64,000 nt of DNA from a virus. The translations under genes and the position numbers were made by a program. Shown piece by piece: positions 9,715-19,405 of the stretch. Position 1 is the first letter of the stretch. Each line of letters begins with the position of its first letter. The notes below the pieces were generated by a model, which was not told where the DNA came from, did not search any database, and saw only the letters and a list, made by a program, of their open reading frames with translations. The stretch is from IMG/VR virus record IMGVR_UViG_3300028394_000055, positions 28,632-92,631 of that record. One strand, written 5' to 3'.

Positions 9715-11191
9715 AAAAGAAAAACAACCAAAACCAAACTATAATGCAGAGATGCAGAAACTATATTTGGAAATGTTTATGTCAGATGCTGAAACTTTTG
9801 TACGCTGCCAAAATATCTTTGATCCATTGAATTTTGATCAACGCTTCCAGGATACAGCAGAATTCATTACCAAATACGTTGATGAATATAAGATCATGCC
9901 CGAGGTGGCAATTGTTAATGCAAGTTGTAGATCTGAACTGCAATCTATACAATTACCCAAAGAAAACTATGAATGGCTGATGGACGAGTTTGAAAACTTT
10001 AGTAGACATAAAGCACTTGAACGTGCCATCATTGAGAGTGCCGATCTGCTGGAAGCAGGTGACTATGGACCAGTTGAGAAACTGATCAAAGACGCTATAC
10101 AGATATCACTGAACAAGGATATGGGTACAGATTACTTTGAAGATCCAAGAGCACGACTTACTAAACTTAAAGACGGTAATGGTCAAATATCCACAGGTTG
10201 GCCCAGCATTGATCGCAAGTTGTATGGTGGATTCAATAGAGGTGAACTCAACATCTTCTGTGCAGGATCAGGTGGTGGTAAAAGTTTGTTTCTTGCAAAT
10301 TTAGGCGTGAACTGGGCACAACAAGGTCTTAATGTATTGTATCTAACTTTCGAATTGGCAGAAGGATTAGTATCAATGCGTATAGATAGCATGATGACAG
10401 GTATTGGTACTAGAGAGATCTTTAAAAGCCTTGACGAGGTTGAACTTAAAGTAAAAATACTAGGAAAAAAATCTGGTAACTTGCAAATCAAATATATGCC
10501 CAGTGGTAAGAACTGTAATGACATTAGGGCATATCTAAAAGAATATCAGGTTAAGAAAGGATGTAAACCTGACGTTATCTTAATTGACTATTTGGACTTG
10601 ATGATGCCATTATCAGTTAAAGTTAGTCCAAGTGATTTGTTTGTTAAAGACAAATATGTAAGTGAAGAGATTCGCAATCTAGCAATGGAAACACAATGTA
10701 TTACTGTTACTGCTAGTCAATTGAATCGTAGTGCTGTTGAAGAAATTGAGTTTGATCATAGTCATATCTCAGGGGGACTTAGTAAGATCATGACAGCGGA
10801 TAATGTGATCGGCATCTTTACAAGTAGAGCAATGAAAGAACGTGGACGTTATCAAATACAGTTTATGAAGACACGTAGTTCAAGCGGTGTTGGACAGAAA
10901 GTTGACTTGGAGTTTAATGTTGATACCCTACGCATTACTGATCTAGGTGAAGATAGCGATAGTATTAGTTTTAGTCAGGGCGGTGGACAATCTAATGCTA
11001 GCGGTGGTAGTTCTATGATGAATGGGTTTAAACGTACTAGTACAGTATCTACTTCAACTGAAGAACCAGTTAAATGGGAAAGGCCTACACCTGCTGAAGG
11101 GTGGAGTATCGATAAACCTAATCGAACTCCTATTAAGGTAGCCGGCGACATCCGCAGTATGCTTAGTTCTTTAAATAGCGAAAAGGACTAA
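9707..11191 (+). CDS. replicative DnaB-family helicase (T4 gp41-like)
   Basis: GSGGGKS Walker A, IDYLDLM, TASQLNR and KTR motifs. Confidence 0.93.
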   Translation: MNKKEKQPKPNYNAEMQKLYLEMFMSDAETFVRCQNIFDPLNFDQRFQDTAEFITKYVDEYKIMPEVAIVNASCRSELQSIQLPKENYEWLMDEFENFSRHKALERAIIESADLLEAGDYGPVEKLIKDAIQISLNKDMGTDYFEDPRARLTKLKDGNGQISTGWPSIDRKLYGGFNRGELNIFCAGSGGGKSLFLANLGVNWAQQGLNVLYLTFELAEGLVSMRIDSMMTGIGTREIFKSLDEVELKVKILGKKSGNLQIKYMPSGKNCNDIRAYLKEYQVKKGCKPDVILIDYLDLMMPLSVKVSPSDLFVKDKYVSEEIRNLAMETQCITVTASQLNRSAVEEIEFDHSHISGGLSKIMTADNVIGIFTSRAMKERGRYQIQFMKTRSSSGVGQKVDLEFNVDTLRITDLGEDSDSISFSQGGGQSNASGGSSMMNGFKRTSTVSTSTEEPVKWERPTPAEGWSIDKPNRTPIKVAGDIRSMLSSLNSEKD

Positions 11192-11195
11192 CATA

Positions 11196-11993
11196 GTGAA
11201 AACATATGTGGTAAAATTCTGGGGAGGAGCAGGCGGTCATTTTATACAAGAACTTATATTATGTTGCGAAACTCAGACAGACAAAATTCTAGATTACCCA
11301 CAAGGTCATGCACATACATTTTTAGGTGAATGGATTAATGAAAATATAGAAAATGCTAAAGAAACCTCTGATCAGCAACAATTAAAAAAGAATAGTGATT
11401 ATGATTTTATTATTATTCACGGCGGAAACCCCGACCATATAAAACGTATATATAATAGAGATCCAAAAAATTTTAGCATGATTAGAGTAGTTGTAGAAAA
11501 TATACTTGATGTGGCTCTTTCCGAATATAATCATTTTTATAAGAATCAATATATAGAACCATATAATAAAGATTATGGACTATTTGAACATTATCAAAGA
11601 CTGGTAAAAAATAATGTAATTGATAAACAACAAGACTCGATTGAAATGCCCATATGGAAAGATATGTCTACAGACAATATAGTGCATATACTTAAAGAAA
11701 CAACGTTAAAAACATATAATAATAGAGATGATCTAATTAATAAAAAAAATCAATTTACAGAACTTAAAAAAGAAATAAGTTACGAAGAACTAACAATTAA
11801 AGAAATCATGTTTGGTAGTCCAAAAGTTTTAGAAATAATTTCAAAAGTGGTGGGTAAACCCATTACATCTGCTATGAAAATTAATTTTGACAGATATCAT
11901 AAAGCCCAGATTGAATTACATCAAATGTATCCCGCTTATACAATTTTGCGGGATACATTTGATCAGTGGAATCTAGAAATTAAAACCAACTAG
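11196..11993 (+). CDS. hypothetical protein, sulfotransferase-like family
   Basis: N-terminal VKFWGGAGGHFI shared with three other ORFs in the window. Confidence 0.6.
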   Translation: MKTYVVKFWGGAGGHFIQELILCCETQTDKILDYPQGHAHTFLGEWINENIENAKETSDQQQLKKNSDYDFIIIHGGNPDHIKRIYNRDPKNFSMIRVVVENILDVALSEYNHFYKNQYIEPYNKDYGLFEHYQRLVKNNVIDKQQDSIEMPIWKDMSTDNIVHILKETTLKTYNNRDDLINKKNQFTELKKEISYEELTIKEIMFGSPKVLEIISKVVGKPITSAMKINFDRYHKAQIELHQMYPAYTILRDTFDQWNLEIKTN

Positions 11994-12540
11994 ATATTTG
12001 CTGTTTGCTTGAATCGGCAATGATCCTATGCCACTGATCCACTTCAGTTAACCCAAATACTATCTCAGGACTGGCAGGAATAAAACTCCAACTATGATTA
12101 ATGGTCCACGGATCTTCACCTAATATTTCACCCTCTATATGCCCGGGCAACCAACGTGTGAATCCCGCTACTGCCCTAAAATAAGTAGGACCTTCATTCT
12201 TACTAATGGCTGTTAATACTGATATATCACTACTGATTCCAATTTGATCCGTTATCTTATTTGTTGTGGGACTGAACCAATCTAATGTGTGTATGACGTG
12301 TATACGGTTGGTGCTTTCGTGTCCCCCATTATATAACGCTTGATCATTATCCGCTTGTAATCCCACATTCTTCATGACAGTATTAAATGTTATAGCATCT
12401 GAATAAGGCTTGTTGACCTGTAGTCCAATAGCACCCGAACTGTCGTGATCTATAACTAATATAGAACCCCTACGCAATGTAGACTCCATTCTTTTAGGAT
12501 GGGCCGCTAACAAATGCCCTTTGTAATTTTGCTCAATCAT
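11980..12540 (-). CDS. YqgE/AlgH (DUF179) family protein
   Basis: GHLLAAHP, GAIGLQVNKP, LYNGG, GFTRWLPGHIEGEI...SW. Confidence 0.85.
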   Translation of the reverse strand: MIEQNYKGHLLAAHPKRMESTLRRGSILVIDHDSSGAIGLQVNKPYSDAITFNTVMKNVGLQADNDQALYNGGHESTNRIHVIHTLDWFSPTTNKITDQIGISSDISVLTAISKNEGPTYFRAVAGFTRWLPGHIEGEILGEDPWTINHSWSFIPASPEIVFGLTEVDQWHRIIADSSKQQISSWF

Positions 12541-12569
12541 ACAGATATTTAACTGATAAATAACTTGTT

Positions 12570-13259
12570 ATGACTATACTTGACTTTAAATTGGGATTTG
12601 AACCACATCAAACACTAAACACTAAATTGTGGAAAGGTGATCAACTACAACCCGAGATTGAATCAGCCTTGATTAAAGTGGCTAAAGACTTTAAGAAATT
12701 TATTGGCGTACCATTTGATGTGGTAGATGTACGTGTTACTGGTGGACAGGTCAGTTACTACTATACAGAACATAGCGATTTGGATCTGCATCTTATAGCA
12801 GATTATTCCTCTGTTACTTGCGATAGAGAAGCCGCTGAACTGTTTGATGCTAAACGATTACTATACAAAGCCAAATACGATGTTACAGTTAAAGGCATAC
12901 CCGTAGAACTATATGTGGAAGATCTGGATCATCCCGCTGTTAGTGCCGCTTATAGTGTGATGAAAAGAACTTGGATTACTCATCCAAAAAAAGATATCGG
13001 ACCCTTTGATGTTAACGAAATAGAACGTATGTCACATATATGGTCCACTGTGATAGGCTACAGTTTAGAGTCAAATAATGTCGAAACTGCTAAAAAAACT
13101 ATGAATTTATTACGTAAATTCCGTCATTTAGGCCTCAAATCAGGCGGAGAATATTCTACGGCTAATCTAGTATATAAAACACTACGTAACAGTGATCTTA
13201 TTCGTAATCTACAAAATTATATAGATCAAGCACATGATCATAATTTGAGCGTGAGATAG
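12570..13259 (+). CDS. putative Pol-beta-superfamily nucleotidyltransferase
   Basis: TGGQVSY...SDLDLH (G[GS]-x-DxD) and VELYVE; GATAAATA upstream. Confidence 0.7.
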   Translation: MTILDFKLGFEPHQTLNTKLWKGDQLQPEIESALIKVAKDFKKFIGVPFDVVDVRVTGGQVSYYYTEHSDLDLHLIADYSSVTCDREAAELFDAKRLLYKAKYDVTVKGIPVELYVEDLDHPAVSAAYSVMKRTWITHPKKDIGPFDVNEIERMSHIWSTVIGYSLESNNVETAKKTMNLLRKFRHLGLKSGGEYSTANLVYKTLRNSDLIRNLQNYIDQAHDHNLSVR

Positions 13260-13322
13260 ATTGAAGACGCTTACCTCGCGAAGCGAAAGCGCAAAAAAAT
13301 TATTCTAGGCTATTAAAACCCA

Positions 13323-13871
13323 CTATAATAGTTCAACTATAAGTCTACGTGTATTCATAGCATGATCTATCCTAGCCTGTAGATCCAATTGCAATTGCTC
13401 TATAGTAACATCCAAGGTTAATCCCACTTTGAAGGCTAATCCACCGGCAGCAGACCACGAATCACAATTATCCACCCTGTCATCAACTAATATATCATTG
13501 GGCTGACAATGCTTATATTTGTCCTCACTATAGGGACCAAAATGCACTGCTATATCGGGAAAATACTTTTTAACCCACTCGATCTTATCATAGAACGTCC
13601 AGGGCACATCATTGTTATGGGGTATAGCCGTTAAAAATAATAACTCCCAACCTAATCGGTCTCTATACTCTCGCGCTATATCCACTAATTCATTAGCACG
13701 GGACATTAGGGGTAAGTTTAAAAATATATGTGGATCACTACGTAACTTGTCCCAATCAACAGCATTATATCTTTGTTTTGGATCAAAACAATCATATCCT
13801 ATTACACGTACAGCGTTGGCCCGCCAATCCGCTACTACTCCATCCATGTCTAAATATATTGTATTGGTCAT
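13323..13871 (-). CDS. 5'(3')-deoxyribonucleotidase, HAD family
   Basis: YLDMDGVVAD, FLTA, K..W, ILVDDR...W...GG. Confidence 0.85.
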   Translation of the reverse strand: MTNTIYLDMDGVVADWRANAVRVIGYDCFDPKQRYNAVDWDKLRSDPHIFLNLPLMSRANELVDIAREYRDRLGWELLFLTAIPHNNDVPWTFYDKIEWVKKYFPDIAVHFGPYSEDKYKHCQPNDILVDDRVDNCDSWSAAGGLAFKVGLTLDVTIEQLQLDLQARIDHAMNTRRLIVELL

Positions 13872-14617
13872 ATTATTGATTCCATTGCCTTATTACGCTG
13901 ATCTACATATCTCTTATAATTATCTCTAACCTGTGGATCTACATGGCTAACTTGAGTATATTCAATCAGTTGATCCAATACTAGCCACGAATCTACCCCT
14001 ATAGGGGTGTATATGTCACTGTAATTGATTACTAGTTGATTGGGGGTGGATGTTCTATTATAATTGATAAACTTCCAATAATTTGGATCATTTAACATCC
14101 ATTTGTGTGTAAGTGCTACCATACGGCGACTTTCTTCACCACTGATATTGTCGATTGAACCTTTTAACCAATCAAAACCTATGGCCTCTAGATATATGCC
14201 CTTGAACTTATCTTCTGCACCACTGGTGAATTTATCCCAGGGCCAATCTCTATAATCTATTGATTGCTGGTCTACATATTTGTGTAAATTTAGAATTTTC
14301 TGCTCTCCAACTCTAAAGTCATCCACAATATTCTTTTGAAAATTATTGTAGGCAATTTCTTCTAAATCATCAGCATTGATGACTATTATTATATACTTTA
14401 TTTCGGGCCGAATTACTTCAGGCAATTGATGCCAACTGCGATACTTTGAACCAGTATAATAAAAAAAACTTCCTGGATTGTTATTTTGAAAATCATGAGC
14501 CGAATTGTTACTATATTCAACAGGTGCAGGGTCTACTAGTAATCCATATAATATGGTCATTATGAATCTACCACAAGAACCTGGTAAAAAATGAACACTA
14601 TATTGAAACTTGCTCAT
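13868..14617 (-). CDS. hypothetical protein, sulfotransferase-like family (tandem paralog A)
   Basis: YSVHFLPGSCGRFIMTIL; similar along its length to 14598-15362. Confidence 0.7.
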   Translation of the reverse strand: MSKFQYSVHFLPGSCGRFIMTILYGLLVDPAPVEYSNNSAHDFQNNNPGSFFYYTGSKYRSWHQLPEVIRPEIKYIIIVINADDLEEIAYNNFQKNIVDDFRVGEQKILNLHKYVDQQSIDYRDWPWDKFTSGAEDKFKGIYLEAIGFDWLKGSIDNISGEESRRMVALTHKWMLNDPNYWKFINYNRTSTPNQLVINYSDIYTPIGVDSWLVLDQLIEYTQVSHVDPQVRDNYKRYVDQRNKAMESII

Positions 14618-15362
14618 GATGTTCTACTGCTTGATTACGCTGACTTACATATTGCCTATAATTACTTAACACTATTGGATTTACATCTTTAACTTGAGCA
14701 TACTTTACTAATTGATCTAATGCAATCCATGAATCACTGCCAGTTGCTCGAAATATATCACCATACTCAATAACTAATAAGTTTTTAGCAGTGATCTGTA
14801 TTGGATCTAAAAATGCATTAACTTTTGGATCATTTAACATCCATTCGTACATCTGCTCTTCCATTGCTTGTTGTTCATCTACTGTAAGATCATCTGTTGA
14901 GTTTTTAACCCACTTGATGCCTGTAGCCTCTTGATATAAATCACGAAATATCTTTAGTGCATTATTTTCATATCGTTCTATGTCCCAATTTGAATAATCT
15001 ATATTTTTATTGTTTAGATAGTTTTTTAAATTTTTTCTTTTCTTTTCAATATTTTGAACATTGTATATGATGTTTTTGTACATCATATTTCTGGCTATTT
15101 CTTTTAATAAACTGGAATTATAACTGATTATGATGTATTTGGTGTCAGGAGAAAAATTTTTGGGAAAATCATGCCAGGTGGCAATCCCTTCAACAAAATA
15201 ATAAAAACGATTTGGATTACAACTTTGAAAATCATGTGCTGAATTATGTGTGTATTTGATTTCTATCGGATCTCTTAATAAACCATCTAAGATGGTCATT
15301 ATAAATCTACCACTGGCCCCCGCTGGAAAATATACACTATACTTTACTTGTTGATTATTCAT
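14598..15362 (-). CDS. hypothetical protein, sulfotransferase-like family (tandem paralog B)
   Basis: YSVYFPAGASGRFIMTIL; SAHDFQ, WMLNDP and LDQL shared with paralog A. Confidence 0.7.
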   Translation of the reverse strand: MNNQQVKYSVYFPAGASGRFIMTILDGLLRDPIEIKYTHNSAHDFQSCNPNRFYYFVEGIATWHDFPKNFSPDTKYIIISYNSSLLKEIARNMMYKNIIYNVQNIEKKRKNLKNYLNNKNIDYSNWDIERYENNALKIFRDLYQEATGIKWVKNSTDDLTVDEQQAMEEQMYEWMLNDPKVNAFLDPIQITAKNLLVIEYGDIFRATGSDSWIALDQLVKYAQVKDVNPIVLSNYRQYVSQRNQAVEHHEQVSI

Positions 15363-15795
15363 AACTGTAATTTACACTGTCCTCATTGACGTTTAATACG
15401 CTGGCACCATTACGTAAATGAAATACTCGAGCCATCTCAGTGGGTGGACTTAATGTTACATACTTCTTTATATAACTCCTACTACTCTCTATGTGCCGTT
15501 TTGCCGCAACTATTAACTTCCTGCCTGCTCCTTGTTGATAACTCCATATGGTGTAGAACACTGCTACACTGGGCTTATACGATGCAAACTCTAATAACTC
15601 TTCTCGACTTCTGGGCACTGCGTCTCTATATAATACACATACTACTGCTGTGGGCTTACCATACTCATCACTGGCAACTATGATTTCACTGACTTCACTG
15701 ACCCGAAAATCAGCACTAATTTCCGGACGTACTGGATCATCCTTTATTAAGACTAATAATGGATCTGATAATGAATTGATGGTGTGTAATGACAT
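15355..15795 (-). CDS. GNAT-fold-like phage protein
   Basis: AVFYTIWSY..GAGRKL...TLSP...ARVFHLRNGA resembles GNAT motifs A and B. Confidence 0.6.
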   Translation of the reverse strand: MSLHTINSLSDPLLVLIKDDPVRPEISADFRVSEVSEIIVASDEYGKPTAVVCVLYRDAVPRSREELLEFASYKPSVAVFYTIWSYQQGAGRKLIVAAKRHIESSRSYIKKYVTLSPPTEMARVFHLRNGASVLNVNEDSVNYSYE

Positions 15796-15886
15796 AATAC
15801 ACGTACTTATCTAAATTGGTGGAAAAATGTGTATATATAGGTCAACAACTATATACACAGTGAATGATACATTGTATACTATGTGT

Positions 15887-16111
15887 ATGAACAATACAAA
15901 TAAAACTTTTATCAGTCTTACCAATAGTACTCCAGCACATAGAGGTAATCGAATTGCTATAGCTAACGAACTGGTGGTCACTGTACATAACGCTTTGGCT
16001 ACTAGAGAAGATGGATTGACCGAAATGGTTACTTATGTGTTTTGCCCTCCTCACGGTACTTGGGAAGTGAGCGAAACTTACGAAGAAGTTATGGCGCAAT
16101 TGACGACATAA
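15887..16111 (+). CDS. small FlbD-like protein
   Basis: FISLTN...IAI..ELVVTV...WEVSETYEEV; TATACT just upstream of the ATG. Confidence 0.5.
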   Translation: MNNTNKTFISLTNSTPAHRGNRIAIANELVVTVHNALATREDGLTEMVTYVFCPPHGTWEVSETYEEVMAQLTT

Positions 16112-16113
16112 CT

Positions 16114-16380
16114 ATGTCATTGTGCTATGCTTGTAGATCTACTATAGACAGTTTGGCTATACGTTGCCCTTACTGTACTAGTGAGGTGGCGGCATATTCA
16201 GGTAATCAACCTACAATATCAAAATTGATTACAATACCTAGACAAGTATCAAAAACAGAATTAACTTTCCAAACAATATCGGCTATTGTGATCGCTGCTG
16301 GAGTTTCATGGGTTTTCCACTCTTGGTATTGCTTTTGTATTTTGATCTTTATTATAGTGTGGATGAATTTAACAGAATAA
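16114..16380 (+). CDS. zinc-ribbon membrane protein
   Basis: CYAC...AIRCPYCTS plus a hydrophobic C-terminus. Confidence 0.65.
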   Translation: MSLCYACRSTIDSLAIRCPYCTSEVAAYSGNQPTISKLITIPRQVSKTELTFQTISAIVIAAGVSWVFHSWYCFCILIFIIVWMNLTE

Positions 16381-16565
16381 CAGCCCGAGACCTATATAGC
16401 AATACAAAAAAATTGCCGCGCAAAATTTTAGAGAGTTGGAGATCTCGGCCCCTGGTGATCTAGTCTAACTCGACTTTTTTAGGGGGTGAAAATCGCTTGC
16501 TCAAACTTGCTTGCTAGGGCTTGCGGGCAGAGACACCACCTGGTGCCCCACCACCACCCCACCGG

Positions 16566-16835
16566 TCAGGCATCTTCAAGATCGAAAGTTTGCTCCGGTT
16601 GAGTCAATTCTGAATCACCGTAGACATCAAAGCCTTCAGCCTCCAGTTGATCGCAAGCCTCGTAGAATAGTTGTTGGACCATGCGTACCTTAGCGGCTAT
16701 CAGCGTGTCCTTCTTACGCTTACGCCCGCTACCTACCTTGTAGACTACAGCGTAGTGATCAGCGCAGTAACTACGACCCTCTAGTGCAGGATGTGTACAG
16801 CGTGGGCCTGAGCCTATGTATGTGCATGTAGTCAT
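16566..16835 (-). CDS. GcrA C-terminal-like Cys/His domain protein
   Basis: CTYIG...C..P...GRSYCADHYAVVY resembles GcrA C.WP.G...CG....PYC..H...AY. Confidence 0.5.
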   Translation of the reverse strand: MTTCTYIGSGPRCTHPALEGRSYCADHYAVVYKVGSGRKRKKDTLIAAKVRMVQQLFYEACDQLEAEGFDVYGDSELTQPEQTFDLEDA

Positions 16836-17098
16836 TAGTCTTCCGTCCTTGCTTTGATTACCAGTTCGATCATGTCCTTGCGCTGTTCTTCAGTCATGTC
16901 CACCCACATCTCTACAGCAGTGGCCACACCGGACTCAACACCGTCTCGGTAGTGTAGTAGATTACTACACATCATCATAGCAAAGATACACCAGAACTCC
17001 CAGGTGTCTATGGTATGGCCCATGGCCACTAGGGCCAAGCCCAGTGTAGTGGCTATGGCCAATCGTTGTAGTGTTTCGTTCATTAGCGTTTCATACAA
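16835..17098 (-). CDS. small membrane protein
   Basis: two hydrophobic segments; in the operon. Confidence 0.65.
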   Translation of the reverse strand: MYETLMNETLQRLAIATTLGLALVAMGHTIDTWEFWCIFAMMMCSNLLHYRDGVESGVATAVEMWVDMTEEQRKDMIELVIKARTED

Positions 17099-17952
17099 GT
17101 GGTCTTTACCATTGCGGTCCAGTTGTTGGGGAAGCCTTTGCGTAGGTCAGCGATCTTCAACACCATACGCAGGCTCAGTTCACGTAGACGATCTTGATTC
17201 TGTTCTACGAACTCAATCAGTTCGTCCTCTACACAGGGTTGGAACTCATAGCGTTCCAGCATCTGTCCTTGCTTGACCACTTGCCGGATACGTAGGATCT
17301 TCTCACGATTGGTATCCATTTGGAGATCAATGTAGTGGCAACGGCTTTCCAATGCATCCAAGTGATCGCGTAGTTTCTTTGATCGTACGTGTTCGAACTT
17401 GATGTTAGTGATAAAGATAGCAGCACCTTTGAACTCAAAGCGATCTGGGATACCTTCACTACGCAGGATGCGACTGTCAGTGTTCCAGCTGATGAACCTG
17501 CGACTACCGCTGTCCAAAGCACCCTTAAGGATGTTGAGGCTCAGGTCTTCCATAAGGATTGAGTCACAGTCGTCAAAGACCACAACGTTGCCTTCAGCGG
17601 CAAACTCATAGAGTTTAGAGTAGAGTCCGATGCTGGACATGGCACCCTTGACTACTTCGAACTTGGGTTTCTTCTCTGCTAGGATGTTGAACAGTTCGCT
17701 TTTTAGCAGGACCTTCTCAACGCCGAAGCTTTTGCCCACACCTGGAGGGCCACTGACAATCATAGCACGGATCTGTCCGTCTTTGACTGCCTTGGTCATC
17801 AGGTCCAGGATCTCAAAGCGTTCGCCCAGTCGTTGGTAGATCTGCTCGTCTGTTTCTTTAGCCACAGCGGCTTCGGTACGACGGATTGCATCTGTGTCGA
17901 ACTCTAGTACTGTAGCGCCTTTGCTGGGTTTCTGTGATGCTTTGGTTGCCAT
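17083..17952 (-). CDS. AAA+ family ATPase
   Basis: GPPGVGKS Walker A, VVVFDDCD Walker B, IFITN, ALESR arginine finger. Confidence 0.85.
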   Translation of the reverse strand: MATKASQKPSKGATVLEFDTDAIRRTEAAVAKETDEQIYQRLGERFEILDLMTKAVKDGQIRAMIVSGPPGVGKSFGVEKVLLKSELFNILAEKKPKFEVVKGAMSSIGLYSKLYEFAAEGNVVVFDDCDSILMEDLSLNILKGALDSGSRRFISWNTDSRILRSEGIPDRFEFKGAAIFITNIKFEHVRSKKLRDHLDALESRCHYIDLQMDTNREKILRIRQVVKQGQMLERYEFQPCVEDELIEFVEQNQDRLRELSLRMVLKIADLRKGFPNNWTAMVKTTCMKR

Positions 17953-18010
17953 GTCTTGCCTTTCTGTTTAAAAGTGTTATTGTAACAGGGAGTTGCCTCC
18001 CTGTCTATGT

Positions 18011-18355
18011 TCAATCTGCCCGACCGCCTGCGTAGGCTGTGACACCCAGTCGTTCTTTCAAAATCTTTGCAGCCGCCGATGCACCTGCTTCTTTCACTGA
18101 CATGCTCTGGGTACCGTGACCACTTGGGTTCCACCATTGCAGGCCGCCACCGTAGGCTTTCTTAAAGCCTGCTTTGATCAATGCGCGGCCCAGTTTGGTT
18201 GAGCCTTTCTCGTAGACGTTAACCCAGGCAAAGCCGCAGTACCAATCTTCACCGTGTTTGGTGATGTAGTCCTGAGCGGCCTGGGCGGCGGCTTGTTGGG
18301 CTTCGCGGATAGCGTCGTTGACGATCTTCTGTACTTGAGTTGCTGTGAGTCCCAT
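18011..18355 (-). CDS. conserved phage hypothetical protein
   Basis: own promoter and AGGAG RBS; CGFAWV...QS...KEAGA.A.A motif. Confidence 0.85.
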   Translation of the reverse strand: MGLTATQVQKIVNDAIREAQQAAAQAAQDYITKHGEDWYCGFAWVNVYEKGSTKLGRALIKAGFKKAYGGGLQWWNPSGHGTQSMSVKEAGASAAAKILKERLGVTAYAGGRAD

Positions 18356-18429
18356 TTAGTGCTCCTTAGTGTGTAAGTAAGTATTATAAGCGAGAACAGC
18401 ACACTTGTCAAGTGTGCTAGTAATAACCC

Positions 18430-18600
18430 TTAGGCTGTCTGGGTCTCTACAAATTGCATAAGTTCCTCGTATGTAAGTTCGTATGCATTTGCAAGTTCCG
18501 CGTCCAATTCCTCAAAATTGTCCCCTAAATAGTTAATAGTTTGTACTAGGGACATTCCGCTGTCTTTTGCAAACTGTGCAACAATTACTAAGTGTTTCAT
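18430..18600 (-). CDS. small acidic protein (56 aa, not in ORF track)
   Basis: MKHLVIVAQFAKDSGMSLVQTINYLGDNFEELDAELANAYELTYEELMQFVETQTA; own promoter and AAGGA RBS. Confidence 0.75.
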   Translation of the reverse strand: MKHLVIVAQFAKDSGMSLVQTINYLGDNFEELDAELANAYELTYEELMQFVETQTA

Positions 18601-18637
18601 ATGTGTTCCTTTTTGTTTATGTGTGTATTATAGCAGT

Positions 18638-18805
18638 TTAGTCTGCTGCTGTCAAGTCTTTTTGTGTAAAGTTAAACAGTTTGTTGTATGTAGCAACCAA
18701 CTCGTCGTCGGTCATTTTATAGCAAACACTATTTGTATCGTATTCCATTTTAATATTATACATCATTTGCCAACGTGTTAGTCCGTTACTTAATACTTTT
18801 CTCAT
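18638..18805 (-). CDS. small protein (55 aa, not in ORF track)
   Basis: MRKVLSNGLTRWQMMYNIKMEYDTNSVCYKMTDDELVATYNKLFNFTQKDLTAAD; own promoter and RBS. Confidence 0.75.
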   Translation of the reverse strand: MRKVLSNGLTRWQMMYNIKMEYDTNSVCYKMTDDELVATYNKLFNFTQKDLTAAD

Positions 18806-18891
18806 TATGTTCCTTTTTGTTTAAGTGTGTATTATAACGCAAAAAAGCACATTTGTCAAATGTGCTGTTAATAACCCTGAGGGCAGTGTGG

Positions 18892-19062
18892 TTATTTCTT
18901 GGTCGTTGGAGCCTGCTGTATCTGCACACAGGTGCCTTTGAATTGCTGTTTCTGCAGGTCTTGTAGTGCGGCTTGACACACCGCCTGCTGTTCAAACTGC
19001 CCTATGTAGGTCACGCTGGGTGCTGTGGTTCCTATGCCGATGAGTGCTATTGCCCAGAACAT
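18892..19062 (-). CDS. small exported-type protein (56 aa, not in ORF track)
   Basis: MFWAIALIGIG...F...AVCQAA...GTCVQ; follows the ORF at 19064. Confidence 0.65.
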   Translation of the reverse strand: MFWAIALIGIGTTAPSVTYIGQFEQQAVCQAALQDLQKQQFKGTCVQIQQAPTTKK

Positions 19063-19063
19063 A

Positions 19064-19294
19064 TCAATCCTTCTTGGTTAGGGCGGCCTTGAACAGGGTG
19101 GCCTTGAACAGGATGCCGCATAGGAACTGGATGCCCCAAGCCTGTAGCCACGTGACTTCTTTAACGCCATCTACAGCACCTACCAAGCATCCATTCCACA
19201 GCATCATCACGGGCCAGGATAGCACAAAGGATAGGAACAGCAGGGTGGCAACGCCGACTACCATTGCGGTGAGTGCTACAATTACGTCTTTCAT
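19064..19294 (-). CDS. small membrane protein
   Basis: hydrophobic; MMLWN...VTWLQAWG motif; GAGG RBS. Confidence 0.8.
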   Translation of the reverse strand: MKDVIVALTAMVVGVATLLFLSFVLSWPVMMLWNGCLVGAVDGVKEVTWLQAWGIQFLCGILFKATLFKAALTKKD

Positions 19295-19303
19295 ATTGAC
19301 CTC

Positions 19304-19405
19304 TTACAAAAATATGTACACGATGGCATAACCTACGGGCAACAGGCAAAGTGTTCCCACAGTTAGAACAATGGCAAAATCTAGTGTGTCTTTTAACAGT
19401 TGCAT
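19304..19405 (-). CDS. 33-aa hydrophobic peptide (not in ORF track)
   Basis: MQLLKDTLDFAIVLTVGTLCLLPVGYAIVYIFL; own promoter and AGGAG. Confidence 0.6.
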   Translation of the reverse strand: MQLLKDTLDFAIVLTVGTLCLLPVGYAIVYIFL

